A DNA stretch of 64,000 nucleotides from the human T2T-CHM13v2.0 reference genome, Homo sapiens (GCF_009914755.1 NC_060927.1), one strand, 5' to 3'; positions 1 through 13,809 are shown, counted from the first letter of the stretch. Notes: generated by a model from the letters alone, not told the origin. Translations and numbers: made by a program.

Positions 1-3000
1 AGCAGAAAATTGTATTACATTTCATCCTTACTAAGCAATTTACTTCTATGCTTGATATACATTTCAATTGCCACTTTGGGAGGAAGCTATATTTTGAGAT
101 GGTTGGAAAAAAACCTTACCATTCTGTCACGTGACTCATGCTACTTTTTGTAAAGGCTTATACAGAAGTTTTGATAAAAGGAATATTTAACTACCTTCAT
201 GGTCAGTCCTTTATAGATTTAAGAATAAAAAAGTGATTGTGGAATTGTTTAACTTACTATTATTTTTTTCATTCTTATTACCCCCTTTTCCCCATAATAT
301 CCACACACTGTATTCTTGTCTAGTTCCATTCACTGAGATCATTCTCATTCATCTAAGAAGTCTTGGTCTTCTTTTGTGATTGGGTTATGAAGAGTTTAAG
401 GTCAAGATGACATGACATTTTGATGAAACCCTTTGACATTTGCAACTTTTTTAACAAAAGCATTTAATGCCAGGAGCTTTTTGACATAGCACTGTGATGT
501 GCAATTTTCACATAATGTTGTTTTTGACATGGCTTAGGAAAACTTAATTTTTCAGCTTGTATTATCATTATTGGCCTCACCTTATCATTGAGCTAACCTC
601 ACCGTACAATGAGGACAGGAGAGAAGGTAGGTTCTGTGCAAAAAGCAGGTGTTAGTGCTAGAGTAAAGTTTAGGCAAGGGTTACAGAAAGGGGATTAATC
701 CCAATCCAGATGAAACATCATGTATCTAGGAATCAATACTTAACCTCTTTTCACATATCACAATGCCCATCAATTGTTAAAATAAGTATGTGCTCATTCT
801 CTCAGGACTCACCTGCATCTGTGATTGCTTTATTTCAAACTTTCTTATTTATTTGCATCAACTATAAGACCTGGAGAAAGATGGTATTTGAACACAACAA
901 GATCACTTATTATCATTTCAAATGGCTTAGGAAGTCCAGTTTTTCATTTTATTTCTAATAAATAGTTCTCTGTATACAAATTACATATAATATTATTAAA
1001 CGGAAAATTTGGGAGATAAACCTGATATCCCCTTAAAGAATAATGTATATCTCATATTAACATATATCTTTATTTTGTATTCTAGAGGTAGCATCTAATT
1101 ATGCAAATGTTTAAATAAGATATAAAGTATAATACTTTGGTAATTGAGGTCTGGGCTAGACATGTCTGTAGTGGATATATTTTAGTAAAAAGAAATGAGA
1201 TTTAAATCTAATGCCTTAACAAGGTTTTTTTTTCACTCCATATTAAAATGACTGAATCAAAATGGCAATGTCAAAATATATTGTTTCAAAATAGTCAAGC
1301 CAAAAATGATTGCTATTAAAGAGTTGGGCATTTGAAGAGGTAACTACAGTTGAATTTCTTTACCTTTCTCATTTTTTCTAGTAAGCTTTATTAAATCCTG
1401 TGCCTATGTTGTCACTGAGGTGTGAACTTTAGCTGAACGATCTTTGCACCAAGATGTCATCAACAGCATCATGGTTCAGAAGAGGGATTACAAATGCCAT
1501 GTAGTCAGTGCAAATGCTATGTGGTCAGTCCCCATAGCAAAACCCACTGCATTACCGGATGAGATCCTTGAGGACTGAACCAGAGGAAGCATGCCATCTT
1601 TCTTAATAATTGCCCGATCCTATTGCTTACATTTCGCTATGGGAGAAAGGTGAAATAGGAAGTAGTTGAAAAGATTTTGTAGAAAGAGATATAGGATACA
1701 CAAAATTTAATGAATCCTTATTTTCCTGAAATGAGCTTCCGGTATTGCTCACACCTAGGACAGTGGTTTACACCATGCTGTAGTCAAGTCTACCTAGGCT
1801 ATGAAAACAAGATTAATCTTTTCTTCCATGTCTCCTTATTTACATTAGGAAAGTTATAAATTCTGAAGAAACAGAGTGGGTGTTTAGGAGAGGGCCATGG
1901 TGGGAAGTCTTCAATAATAAGAGTTAAATATTTATTTTTTAAAAAGAATTTCTAAATAAATTAATGACCGTACATGTTACTTGGGTACTCTTTGGTTGAC
2001 AGTAGTGGAAAATGAAATTTTTTTTTCTTCCTTGGGGATACCTAACCTCTTCATGACTTTCCTATTTTTTATATTTTATTTGATTTTTCATTCCTCTTAT
2101 TAGCCAAAGTTTTAATACTTTTGCATTCTGCTATATTTTCCTCTTGGAAGATTGTCACTGAATACATAAAACACATACATGCACACAGTTTACAATCATT
2201 CAGATTCTCTCCTGCCTCAGTCTAGGGACTTGAATCACAATATGTTGAAATACAGAATATAAAAGCAAGTTGGTTAATGTGCTGACAGCTTATTTTGTTT
2301 GGAAGTAGTTGCTTGTAGATGGGATATAAATTATAATTATTTCACAAATAGATGAAGAAAAGCTCCTGAACCAGGGAGAATAAGATTCTCTGATATATGA
2401 TGAGGTATCTTTTTTATATATCTTGAAACACCGATTTAGCTATCAAAATTGTTTTCAGTTCTGAGATAAACATAATATGAAAAAAGAAATAAAGCTAATT
2501 TAGTCTGGTGAATGTCTCAATATAAACAGTCTAGATATAAGAAACATGGTTTTGTTATTGAATCACTAATTTTTCTTTTTAGCCTAGAAATCTAATTATC
2601 TGAAGGCCTTACCGTATTATTTATACAGGACTAGAACTCTCATATTCAAGTGTCTATTTTGTTTTCTCCCACAGGCGTAAAGAAGCCAACCTAAAAGAAG
2701 GACTGAGTGGGAAATACAGGACAGTAAGAGGCCCTAACTAAATTCAGCCACTTTAGTATGTGGCTGGCACACACTAACTGAGGGCAAGAGCAGAAAATAC
2801 TCCTCTGGGTAAAATAAGATTTTCATAGAACTCAGAGAATTGTCTTCTGGTCAGGGGAGAAATGGCACTTCCATCAGTTAAAAAAGTATTATTATAGTTA
2901 GAACTTGATATTGCTAAAAGCTATCCCAAAAAGAGAGTGTGCTGCTTTCATCTACTTGTGAATGGAATTGAGGCTAGCTGCGTTTCTAAAACATCATAAG

Positions 3001-4491
3001 ATCTCCTCAGATATTTCACTCTCTTCTTCATTCCAACTAATCAAGGACACATATTCAATATTTTGTCCAACATTTAAATCATTATTACTCAGCTATTTCC
3101 AGTTTAGGGTTGCTAATACCATACATTTATTTCAATATGTGGTGTCCATAGAAGATGAATTTATTATGTGGTTTATAGATAATACCATCTGAAAAATAGA
3201 TATTTAAGAATTCCACTGGTAATGTGCTTTTTTTTTACTATGAAGAATTCTTTTTATTTGTAGACTATTTTTTAGTTGCCAAATTCTTGCTATCTCACAT
3301 GTTTTTGGAGTTTCGCTGCCATCCTGTGAGAGAGGCAAACTGCAGCAGCTCTGGAAACCACTTGGTCAGGCAGTGGCTGTCACATTGTGCTTGAAATGAT
3401 GAGATGCCTCACTTCTCCCTCATCACCACTGAATAGAAATTCATGCAGCTTGCAAAGAATTATACCTGATTTCCTTTTAGTTGTGGCTAATGCTTGTCAA
3501 AAGAAGAGTGGGAGAACTGGAAATGGGAGAAGCTTTCCTTGACACTTTCATCTTACCTTCAGAGTAATGTTCCAAGAGGCATAGCTGGAAGATATTTGGA
3601 GGTGTTCAAGAATCCAGGAGCTCACAAATTCCAGCAACATATGAAAAAAGAAGTCTTAGGGCAGTGATGCTGGACTCAAAAGCTCAGCAAAGCTTTGTTT
3701 TGTTCCTAATTTAGTTTTTTTCTCTCATCACTTTCCTTCCACACTGCTCCCAGCTCAAGAATCCAACAAAGACTCTGTTTTCCCTTTCTCTTTATGTGGA
3801 TGACAAGAGAATGAAGCTGCTTTTGAATGCATGCCTCAACATTTTTATGTGCTATAATTTGTACACTCACTATAAAAGCCACTCAAAATAGCTTCAGATG
3901 CCACAGGTTACTCATCTATGCAATGAAATAGAAAAGGCTTATAGTTTACTTTCTGAAATATTTCTTTAATGTAGCTAGACTTTCATGTCTCTTTTACAAG
4001 TTTTAAGTCTTGTTTATTAGTAATCATTTAAATATTTGAAGGAAATAATTATACATTTTCATACTTACTAGTTTTATTAGTTATAAAGAAATTAGCATAT
4101 GACATCCAAGATTATAGCTTAAAAATTAATATTTTGTATTCCCTAAGGTTTTACCATATTTTAAAAATATAATATAATTGCATGAAATTTCATTTCACAT
4201 TTCATAAAATGCTGGCTTGTATCTTAATTTATTTTAGGTCTGTGTAAACGTGCTAATACATCTGACTGGAATATAATAAAGTGGTTATTTCTATGTCTGA
4301 CTGAAAGTTATAAAGTCCTTAGAACCAGAAGCTGAATGCAGGAAACCCATGGTTGTCATGGTAGCCATGAAATCTTTAGATGCTTCCGAGTGAGTATTGA
4401 TCAAAAAGACAAATACAGACCATTCTCAAAATTTTGTGATCTTACTGTCTGAGGTCATTTGAAAGTCCCTATTAGAAATATCTATCTTAAA

Positions 4492-4580
4492 AATTACAAA
4501 AAATCTATACAAATGGGTTACATTTGTATATAAATCTATACAAAATCTATACAAAATTGTATAAAAAATCTATACAAAAG
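4492..4580. repeat. Short AT-rich tandem repeat (AAATCTATACAA-like unit, ~5 degenerate copies)
   Basis: aaatctatacaa recurs at ~4501, 4533, 4544 and 4566, with a variant aaattgtataaa. Confidence 0.7.
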
Positions 4581-4824
4581 AGAATGTATGTATTTCCTAT
4601 AGATGAAGATCAAATAATATTAATTATATCCTTTTTATGATTGGAAAGGGAAGGGCATTTACATCAAATGATGTACATGAATCAAGTTGAACATATTCCT
4701 ATAATTTCTAGATTTCCAAAGTCAGACAGAATACTAGAACTACAGTCAGTTCACTAATTTTCAGCTATCAACTTTATACATTTTCATCCTACTAAAATAT
4801 ATGTAAAGAGATATAATAGCTATG

Positions 4825-4905
4825 CTCTTTAAAGTAATACTGTTATCACTCTCATTTCATATATGGAGAAACTAAGGTTAAGAGAGATTAAATTGCATCT
4901 CTGAA
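4825..4905 (-). mobile_element. MIR SINE fragment
   Basis: ctcatttcatatatggagaaactaaggttaagagagattaaat resembles the reverse MIR core (cccattttacagatgaggaaactgaggc). Confidence 0.6.
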
Positions 4906-5510
4906 GGTTTTTAAAGTTCCTATTTCTATATATAAGTATATATATTTTTAAAATTACTGAAATTAGGGTAAAGATTTCAGGCAGAAAGTCATTTTTCTCT
5001 ATATATCCTTTTGTCTTACATTAATCAAACTTATCAGTGAAATACATTTTAAGGCAACACAATATAATTTTAAGGGAATTTAAAAAATATGATATCAACT
5101 TAAAGTATCATACACATTTGTGATATTGCCCCAGTGCATTTGATTTCCATTTATACTTTAAAATATAGTGCCATTTTTTTTTCTGTGAATAAAAGTATCT
5201 AAAATATAGATGAGCCAATTTAAGATACTATAGAAAGGAAAACTTGTTTAAAACTATAAAGCAAAAATTATACCCAGCTTTATACTTTCATGAACTTTAA
5301 TTACCATATTTAATATCCTTCCAAAGAGTTTATACAGAAAGTGCTAAAATAAACCAAATTTCCTTCCAGGTAAATATCTCTTATCATTTAACTCTTAGGC
5401 TGTGAAAAAAGTACCACGTGCAGGCACAGGGCATTAAATCTTCAATACTTTTTATCACTTCTCATCATCTCAGAATATTATATGAAACTTAAAAGGTTTC
5501 AAAATGAAAC

Positions 5511-5626
5511 CTTAAATATCAAAAGATATTTAAATATCATATTTAATATATCATATTTAATTTAATTTAAATTAAATTTAAATATCATATTTAATATCAA
5601 TTTAAATATCATATTTAAATATCATA
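5511..5626. repeat. AT-rich quasi-palindromic tandem repeat (ATTTAAATATCAT unit)
   Basis: About 6 degenerate copies of tttaaatatcata, plus palindromes such as gatatttaaatatc. Confidence 0.8.
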
Positions 5627-6379
5627 GAGCCTGAGGGAATAGGCGTGGAGATCCTCAGAAAAGTGATTCTTTAGGTAAGTGGAAGATTTGGAGATGTCTA
5701 CTTTCATATGATCCCAAGGCATTTTCTACAATCAGCTGGTGGAGCCCTCTCCATTCTTCCCTTTAGGCTCTCTTTGGGAATCATTGCTGAGCTTTAGCTC
5801 TGTAAAGGAAGAACTGAGGCAATCATCTAGGATAGGAAGGAAGGATGGGAAAGGGAAGAGCCCTTTTATTCATCCAAAAGGATAAATTTTCAGTTACAGC
5901 AAATAAGCTTAGAATTTATTCTGTGATATGGGGGGTTTTAAGCAAATTATTAAACATCAGCTCTACTGAAATCATAAGTACTGATTGGAAACTATAATCA
6001 AAATCCTAAACACCTTCTTCCTGTGTGTACCCAGGTTTCAGGTTGCTTTCCAACAACTTGTATACAGCCCGGTACACAGATACACAGAAAGTACCATATG
6101 GAGACACACAGAAACTTGTCTTCTCTTGGAGGTCCAAGACAGTTTTAGAGCCAAAACATATGCTACAAAAGTTTTGTTCTATCAAGCCTGAAACTTTGAA
6201 TGTTAGCATCCATGATCACAGCTGCCTGTTCTACAATATCTGACATATTTGCATTACTGGTATTTTCCATACTGTTGTCTGTTTCTCCTCTGTAAATTAC
6301 GTGACAGTTGATAATCTCATCGCCTTTAGTCTTTCCATTAAGTACTGCAAGAGAAATATGCCTATCAAATCTATCACAC

Positions 6380-6465
6380 ATCTGCTCATATCTTCCTTCT
6401 GTACAAAATTCTTGGCTGTGTCATACATAGTAATACCTAATAAATATTTGTTCGATGGATGAATA
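6380..6465 (+). mobile_element. L2 LINE 3' end fragment
   Basis: acatagtaatacctaataaatatttgttcgatggatgaat matches the L2 3' terminus (caataaatatttgttgaatgaatgaat). Confidence 0.6.
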
Positions 6466-8538
6466 TTTCCCAAAGGCTTGCAGCAGAGATTCTAAAACTT
6501 TGGGAGACAGAAATAAGTGACTCATCCCCCATAAGAATAAATCGGTGGGAGGAGGTGGCAGTATGTAATACAAAAAAAAAAAAAAAAAATTTACATGTTC
6601 AATAGATCTATTATTTTTCTAATGCAAACTACTAAAATACAACTTGTTTTGCCTAGTAGATATGTGTAGAAAATTGACTAAAAACAAATATTAGAGGGAA
6701 TACAATTTTTAAAAGGTTGAGAAATATTGGTTTGAAGTTAAAAATTTTAAACTTTTTTTGTTTGTTTGGCATCGGAATCCTTCATTGTGACCCTTGTGAG
6801 TGATCCAGGCTCACCTCCACTCACTCCACATGTGGATACTGCCCCCTTCTTCTCCTCATAACCAGAAGCATTATGACCTTCCTGGAATATACAGTGCCTC
6901 TAACACTTCCATTATGAAGCCTCTCCTAACTCCCACAATTTTAACAGCACTATCTCCTAGTCTCTCCTCTTAACATGGCCAAAAATAGTCAATTCAATTA
7001 TTTCCAGAGTATGTTTGTCTTGACATTAATTAAACTAGTGCCAAAGATTATAATACTAATTGTGAAACTAATTTAAAGAATTTAACAGACCTTAGCATTA
7101 CACACTAAATAAGATATTGGTGATTTTAAAGAAGTATTGAAAGTGACTTTAAATAGTTGTATAGGCTAAATTTTCCATGGCAAATGTGTCAAGTTGAACT
7201 CACTTTGAATATTATTTATATGATATATAATGAAAATAGATATGTGATCAATAGAATATCCTGAAATATTCATGAGTTATTTTCATCCAATTGTTTCAGA
7301 CACTGATAATTTTTTAAAGTGGAATTTCAGTTAGTAATCTTAGTTGTTTTGAAAATAGATTAAATTTTAATTTAATATGTGAATTTAAAACTAAATATAT
7401 TTTTGCTAATCAAATATATTTAAGATAAAATTTTAATAAATATCACATCTTAAACTACTATTAGGATATTTAAAATGTACTACCTATATTTGCTGATATT
7501 TCTTCTCTACTTGAATCTTAGTTGACCCTTCTCACCTCTTAATTTGGCAAATAATATCTTCCCAAGAAGATTGGTCTTACAGAGCAGTAAAAAGAGCTTT
7601 GTAAGTATTCTCGAAAATACTTGGGAGAGCATCTTTTGCTTTGGTTAAAATTATGACTTTTTTTTCCAAGTATAAAATTTGTTCTTACTGAGAGACATCA
7701 CTATTTTGTGAATATTAATCACAAAATAAGTTATTGTGACTTAATATTGCTTTAAGAACCTATTTAAATATACCGGCAGTATAAATAAAATCTAAAAATT
7801 GTAGAAAAATAACCTTATATGTGCATGTTTGTGTGAAAATTTGTGTAGATCAAGACCAAGTCAAATTTATAAACAATGCAATTTTTGATCACTAAAGTAT
7901 AAAAAGATTTTGGAGACAGAAATGGTCAATACTTGCAAAAGCAAATGTTTTATCGCTTAACCTCTGAATTTTGAGTTTTTCTCTGATTAACCTTCTACTC
8001 TATGATTATAAGCACATTTACAAATGTTATTCTAGCATCCATTTTTAAAAATTTCTAATGCATATGGACATTATTTTTGTGGAAGTCCAAACAGTTATTG
8101 AATAAAACTTTCCTACTTATGTGTTTATACATTTTATTTGTAGAATATGTTTCAGTTACTTATAGAACGAATACTTTTGTTCTCACTAAATTGGTATAAT
8201 ATCATATCTACTAGACTTTAAATATTTATATCTTTGTTTAAACTTTTAATTTTGCCAGAAGAAAAGAACAAAAGCAGTTAGATCGTAGAGAACAAAAGAG
8301 CTTAATTTTGCAAAATAAAAGTGCTCTTATTAATAAAATAGTGTAGCCCCATAAAAAACTAAAGAAATGATATTAATAGGAAAGTTTTACAAAAATATAA
8401 ACATTATCAATAAGCATGAAACAAAATCTCTTTTCATTTATAATTCAATAAAAACAAGTTAAAATAACAGCAAGATAATTGTTTCTTCTTCCTTTTAGTA
8501 AATAAAAGTTTAATGAAACCCAGTTTCGGCAACAATGC

Positions 8539-8900
8539 TGTATTTGTTCGTTCTCACACTGCTATGAAGAAATACTCAAGACTGCGTAATTTATAAAGAA
8601 AAGTTTAATTGACTCACAGTTCTGCATGGCTGGGGAGCCCTCAGGAAACTTACAATCATGGCAGAAGGCACGTCTTCACAGGGCAGCAGGAGAAAGAATG
8701 AGTACCAGCAGGGGAAATGCCAGATGCTTACAAAACCGTCAGATCTTGTGAGAACTCACTTACTATCTGGAGAACACCATGGGAGAAAATGCCCCCATGA
8801 TCTAATTACCTTCACCTCGTCCTGCCCTTGACACATGGGGCTTATGAGGATTACAATTCAAGGGGAGATCTGGATGAGAACACAGAACCAAACCATATCA
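8539..8900 (-). mobile_element. THE1C-like MaLR solo LTR
   Basis: 362 bp with TG...CA ends, ending acacagaaccaaaccatatca (reverse of the THE1 start). Contains the THE1C-type gaaggcac-tcttcacagggc. 5-bp TSD aatgc (8534-8538) / gatgc (8901-8905). Confidence 0.92.
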
Positions 8901-9074
8901 GATGCCCCAAAACAAACTTTTGTGTACTTCTTGCTGAAGAAGTGAGTTGATGTGGATTCTTTGGAAACAATTAAAAAATGTCTGTTACTTAATTGGCATT
9001 GGTAATATGTTCACAGTAATTGCAGTTTAGAAATATATTTTAAGATTTAGCTGCACCCCAGAAAATGCCACCTA

Positions 9075-9272
9075 AATTTATAGTGCCAGAAAACAGATCA
9101 TTGGTTGCCTAGGGAAGGGGATAGGAAGAAGGGTGTCAATTCAAAGGGACAACTTTTGGGGCTGGTATATACATTCACTGTGTTGATTTTCATGATGGTT
9201 TGAAGAGTGGCAAAATCTAGAAAATTCTATGCTTCATACGCAATCATTACATTTCAGTTATACCTCAAATCT
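9075..9272 (+). mobile_element. Old L1M (L1MC/ME) 3' end fragment
   Basis: aaaacagatcattggttgcctaggg...catttcagttatacctcaa is typical of L1MC/ME 3' UTR. Confidence 0.65.
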
Positions 9273-11409
9273 GTTGATAGAGATATGTACAAATATAAAA
9301 AAATTTTGTCAAAAGTCCCTTGCATGATCATTTGAAAAAGGACCAACCTGTACGCAATCTCCTACATGCATTGTATCTACCAAAAAATTGTTAACTAGAA
9401 AATATTCACAAACTACCCTTTATTCATAAGTTACTTTAAAAAACAGAATAAATAAAAGTATGTACAAAACAACACTAGAAGCAAATTGATAGAAAACTTA
9501 CAGAGAATGTTTTCTTTATTCAAAATGTGCACATTTTCTAATATTGTTTTACTGTGAATTTTATTTTTTAAAAAGAAGAAAAATATTTTAACAGATAAAT
9601 AAGACATAGACACTATGAAAGACTGTATTCACTGAGTAAATCATGCCAAATTATTTCTTTGGTTGCTATGGGGCAACTAAACTGTTATATTCTGTTGTTA
9701 AACTAAAGAGAAAGCATTTTAATTTAAGCAAAGTATACAGCAAAGGGTTGATTGTATGTTGTTTGAGAAAAAAAAAATGATAGCTCAGTTTGCTTCACTT
9801 TGGCTATGGTTTGAATGTCCGTTCAATTTTAAAGTCTGTGCAGTGCTATTGGGATCTATCCTGAATGTTTATCCCCCATGGATATGTATGGGACTGGAAG
9901 GTTTTCTGTTACTTCACTTCTCAAAGTCTTTATTTAGTTTGCTGACTAGGATCAGATTCACACATGTGCAGCTCTGGGAAAGAAGCCCAGGATTTTTATA
10001 AATAATTTTATGGCTTTGATTTCCTGAGCCTTCTTTGCAATTTCTGCAGTACTTTCTGGTTCCCCTGGGCTTCCCTTTTTAGTCCTTTGGCCAGAAAGTT
10101 GGTGTTTTCGTTACTTCACTCTGGCACAGACTTCTGTGGCTGTGCCCACATCTGGGGTCAAAACAAAATAGCAAGGAACAATTGTGAAGATAATTCAGCT
10201 CACACTTTTAGGACCACAGCACCATTGATTGGACAGGAAGATTTTGATCCCTAATACATTTGGTTCCTGTGGGGTCCCTTGCAGGTGTTACTGTTATAGA
10301 CAGGATTGTTTCGACCTAGGAATAAAGGACCTCTGCTAGAACTCTCTGTGTCTCAGTGCTCACTTCAGGTTTTGGCCTAATATGACCTTAGGCAGGGGGT
10401 AATAGAAAAATAAAACTGGTAGACTCACCACTGATTCCTTGATGCTTCAAGTTGCCATTCTTTCCTGACTTTCTGGCAACTATTTGGTATTCAGAGTTCT
10501 CAAACAGCAAATGCATGCATTCTGCCCAGATTTCATAGCTGCATTCAGAGGGAAAGACATGGTGGAGTGTGCTTGCCCCAACGCTTAGAATTAAAACCCA
10601 AACAAATACTTTTTATTTAATAAATTTGCTACAAGTCTTTTTCTATTAAATTCAGTTCCAGTGGGTCCCTTAACTGTTCCTTTGACTAAAGCATATGACT
10701 GGAGTCAATAAAATTTACATATTGTTATGATTTTACTTAAGAATATGTGCATATAAATATTTCACTTTAAAATTAGCTTTATGCATATCCATTTTTCTCA
10801 AGCTCTCCCTTTGTTCACTTCAGCAGTGGTCCAGCCCTGATTGTCTCTTTAAGTACGCTTGCCTACAGTTCATAAATCATAACGTGTAGTTCATATCAAT
10901 GATATCAGCAAGCTTTATTTTAAATTTAAAAATTAGTTTTGCATTTTAAAAAGCTTTAGAACAGAGACTATTTCTCTAGATGCCAGAAAGCCTGTCATTT
11001 TCTTTACGTAATTCAATTAAATGCACGTGTACTAAATGTGAAAAATTGACAGAAGAGTTCTAAGGGTATAGAATGAACTAGCTGGGAAATCTTTGAATGT
11101 TCACATGAATGGTGGATTATTCCTGGATAAGGGAGATGTTTTACTAATTAGCATGCATATATCAATTTATACAGTTTAGCCAAGGTTATCCTATGCTTTG
11201 GAAGCAAGCTTCATGAATTTGGAGACTATGAACCATTGGCCAGGGCCCAGGGGAGATAGAATATCTGAATAGTCTGGCTTAAAATTATTGTTTAATTTTA
11301 AGGCCCAAATATTCATCTTTATACTTATATAACAAACAGAAATTTGTTCATGAAAGCTGGGGCTAAGTAGATTTTCTTTTTTCTATCATTTAACACAGAT
11401 GCAAAGCTT

Positions 11410-12188
11410 GACCACTTCTGACCACCTTGACTGCTACCTACCCGGTCCAGGCCAATGCCTTCTATTATCTTATCATTGCAATAGCCTCCTAACTAGTCTC
11501 CTTGCTGCTGCTCTGTACTCTACAGTGGAAGATCCAGAACAGATAAAGTCATCCTTTTAGGACTTCAATCAGATCATGCTGCTCCTCTGTTCAAAACCCT
11601 TCAATGAGATCCCTTCTTCACTGCAGTAAAGCTGAACTCAAAGTCCTTACAATGGCCCACAACACCATTTGTTGGACTCAAGATGTCTCTAACCATAGCT
11701 CCTACTAATATTTTCTCTATCTTCCCTGCTTCAGCCTTGTGGACCTCTCTGCATTTGTCTGAACATACCAGAGACACTTCTGTCTCAGCAGGACCTTTGT
11801 ACTGGCTATTCCTTTTATTTGGGATTCTCTTGTCCCCTGAACTCATATGGTTCATTCCTCTCCTCCTTAAGTGGGAGCTTAAAGGATAGAGTTCAACGAG
11901 GCCTTCCTGGCCACTTTATTTAGAATTGCAACTTTCTATACCATTGATCCTTACTATTCCTCTTCCTGGCTTTGTTTTTTTCTATAATTCTTATCATTAT
12001 CTGATATATAGTGTATTTTATTTAATTTATACATTAACATATTATCTGTTTACCATCTCCTAGATGGTAAGCTACAAGAGAGCACAAATTAATGTCTGTT
12101 TTGTTCACTGCTATTATATCCTCAGAGGGTATAAGTGTGCATAGCACTTAACAAAATCTAATAAATATTTATTAAATTAATAGGTAAA
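11410..12188 (+). mobile_element. L2a LINE 3' portion
   Basis: ttgcaatagcctcctaactagtctcc, tcagatcatg..ctcctctgttcaaaacccttcaatg, tagatggtaagctacaagagagca, tgtctgttttgttcactgct and terminal aataaatatttattaaat. Confidence 0.88.
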
Positions 12189-13809
12189 TTCTTTAACAGG
12201 TGCTTGTAGATATAAGAGCATGGTGCTTACTATACTTATACACTGGACAACACAAAACTGATTCTGACAGCTCTCCAATATCGATAGATTTCTAATCAAT
12301 ATTATTCAACAAAGTTCTTCAGATAAGAAGTGGAGTGAGTTCTGCCTCTTCTGGATTTCCTTCGCAATACAGGGGAGTTTGATTATAGTTATATGGGGTT
12401 GTTACAAAGCCACTGGAGTCCATCTCTGGAACATTTTTCATACTTATATTTGACTTTCCAGTCTTAAGGCAATTGCCCTAGATTCTGGTCTCATTAACTC
12501 TCAGCTTTTTTATGACAGTAACTTCATAACTGGCTTTCCAATTTGTCTTATTCCCCCAGTCTATCATACACATTGCTTTTTAAGTAATCTTCATAAAGGA
12601 TGGCTCCAATTTTGTCAGCACCCCCACTGAAATGTTATTTCATAGCATTTGGGGACTTTCATTATCTGTTTGTTTTTTTGCCTTAACTACCAGAAATGAT
12701 TCCATACTAAATGTATTTTCTTCTATGCAATTAGAATCTCTTTACTCTCTAAACCTATCTGATATTTTTCATCTTCCAAGCTTTTGTCCAATGCTATTCC
12801 TGTATTTGTCAGTGTGTGATCCCACCCAAGTAGTCCTGGGTCATAAGTATGTATATAGAATTGAAATCTGTGTTAATGTCATTCTGTGGGAGAACCCATC
12901 TATAGCTTCCTTCATGTAACTCACAGATTGTCTAGAAGGAGGGATCTAAAAAATTTGCTGATTCCATTCAAGCTGTCCACTGGATTGTCTTCCATCTTCC
13001 AAACTCCAAGGAATACCTCCAACCACATTCCACGAGGAAGTGGGAGAATGAAGAATGGGGGTGCCCATATTCAAAGCAGTGACCCTGCTCTTCAGCAGTA
13101 CTTGGTATCGGTATTTAGTTGGTTCTAACTTGACCCCCCTCAAAGTTTCCTCTCAGCCAATATCCTAGGAAAACCCATCCTCATTACACCCGTTAAATGT
13201 TTCAAAAGCCTATAAATTTTGTGACTTCTTCTTCTTACAGCTGGGAGTGGTAAGTATGCCCTTAACAAACCTATTAGGGAGCTCAACGAATAAACAGAAA
13301 ATTAAAGTTCTACTGCTAAGATATTTTAAAACATGGTCAGCACACAGGATGGTCATTTGACTCCACGGGAGAGATTGTGAAAAAGCTTTAGGATGGGTTT
13401 AACTTCTTTCTTTTCTTCTTTTCCTGATTTATTTCAGTCTCTGCTCCACCTCCTCTTTCTCATTCTGTGTGCGTGTGTGTGTGTCTTAGTAGATGTGTAG
13501 AGAGCAGCATATAAATTGAATAGAGATGAAGTTAAAATGGAGGTTGAGATTTTTATTGGAAGGCATGAAATAAGAATTATATTTTTCATTGTTATAAAAA
13601 TGATTATGAATTTGGAAAGACCTTCCAAATCAATCATATACAGGATGAAATAACCCATAACAGGCACATATGGCAAAACATATGTGGCCTAATTATTGGT
13701 TATACTGTAAATGGCAGAGATACCCTGTGAAGGCCTGGATGGTTAACAAAAAGAATGACAGAATTATTTAAAATGATGAATGAAGTAAGGGGAAGAAGGA
13801 AGTGAGATA

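Noticed and set aside
3310-3330. CTCF-like motif (reverse TCACAGGATGGCAGC)
   Set aside because: Mismatches fall in the core CCAG/CTAG positions, too weak without ChIP data.
5985-6381. Four overlapping short ORFs on both strands
   Set aside because: Each is under 75 aa, has no recognisable domain and lacks supporting splice structure. Expected noise.
9750-10600. GC-richer segment, possibly an old L1/HAL1 5' region
   Set aside because: Looks repeat-derived but I could not assign a family or boundaries.
12810-13200. Possible old LTR fragment with ORFs 12886-13128 and 12946-13143
   Set aside because: No diagnostic ends or TSD recognised, and the peptides are uninformative.
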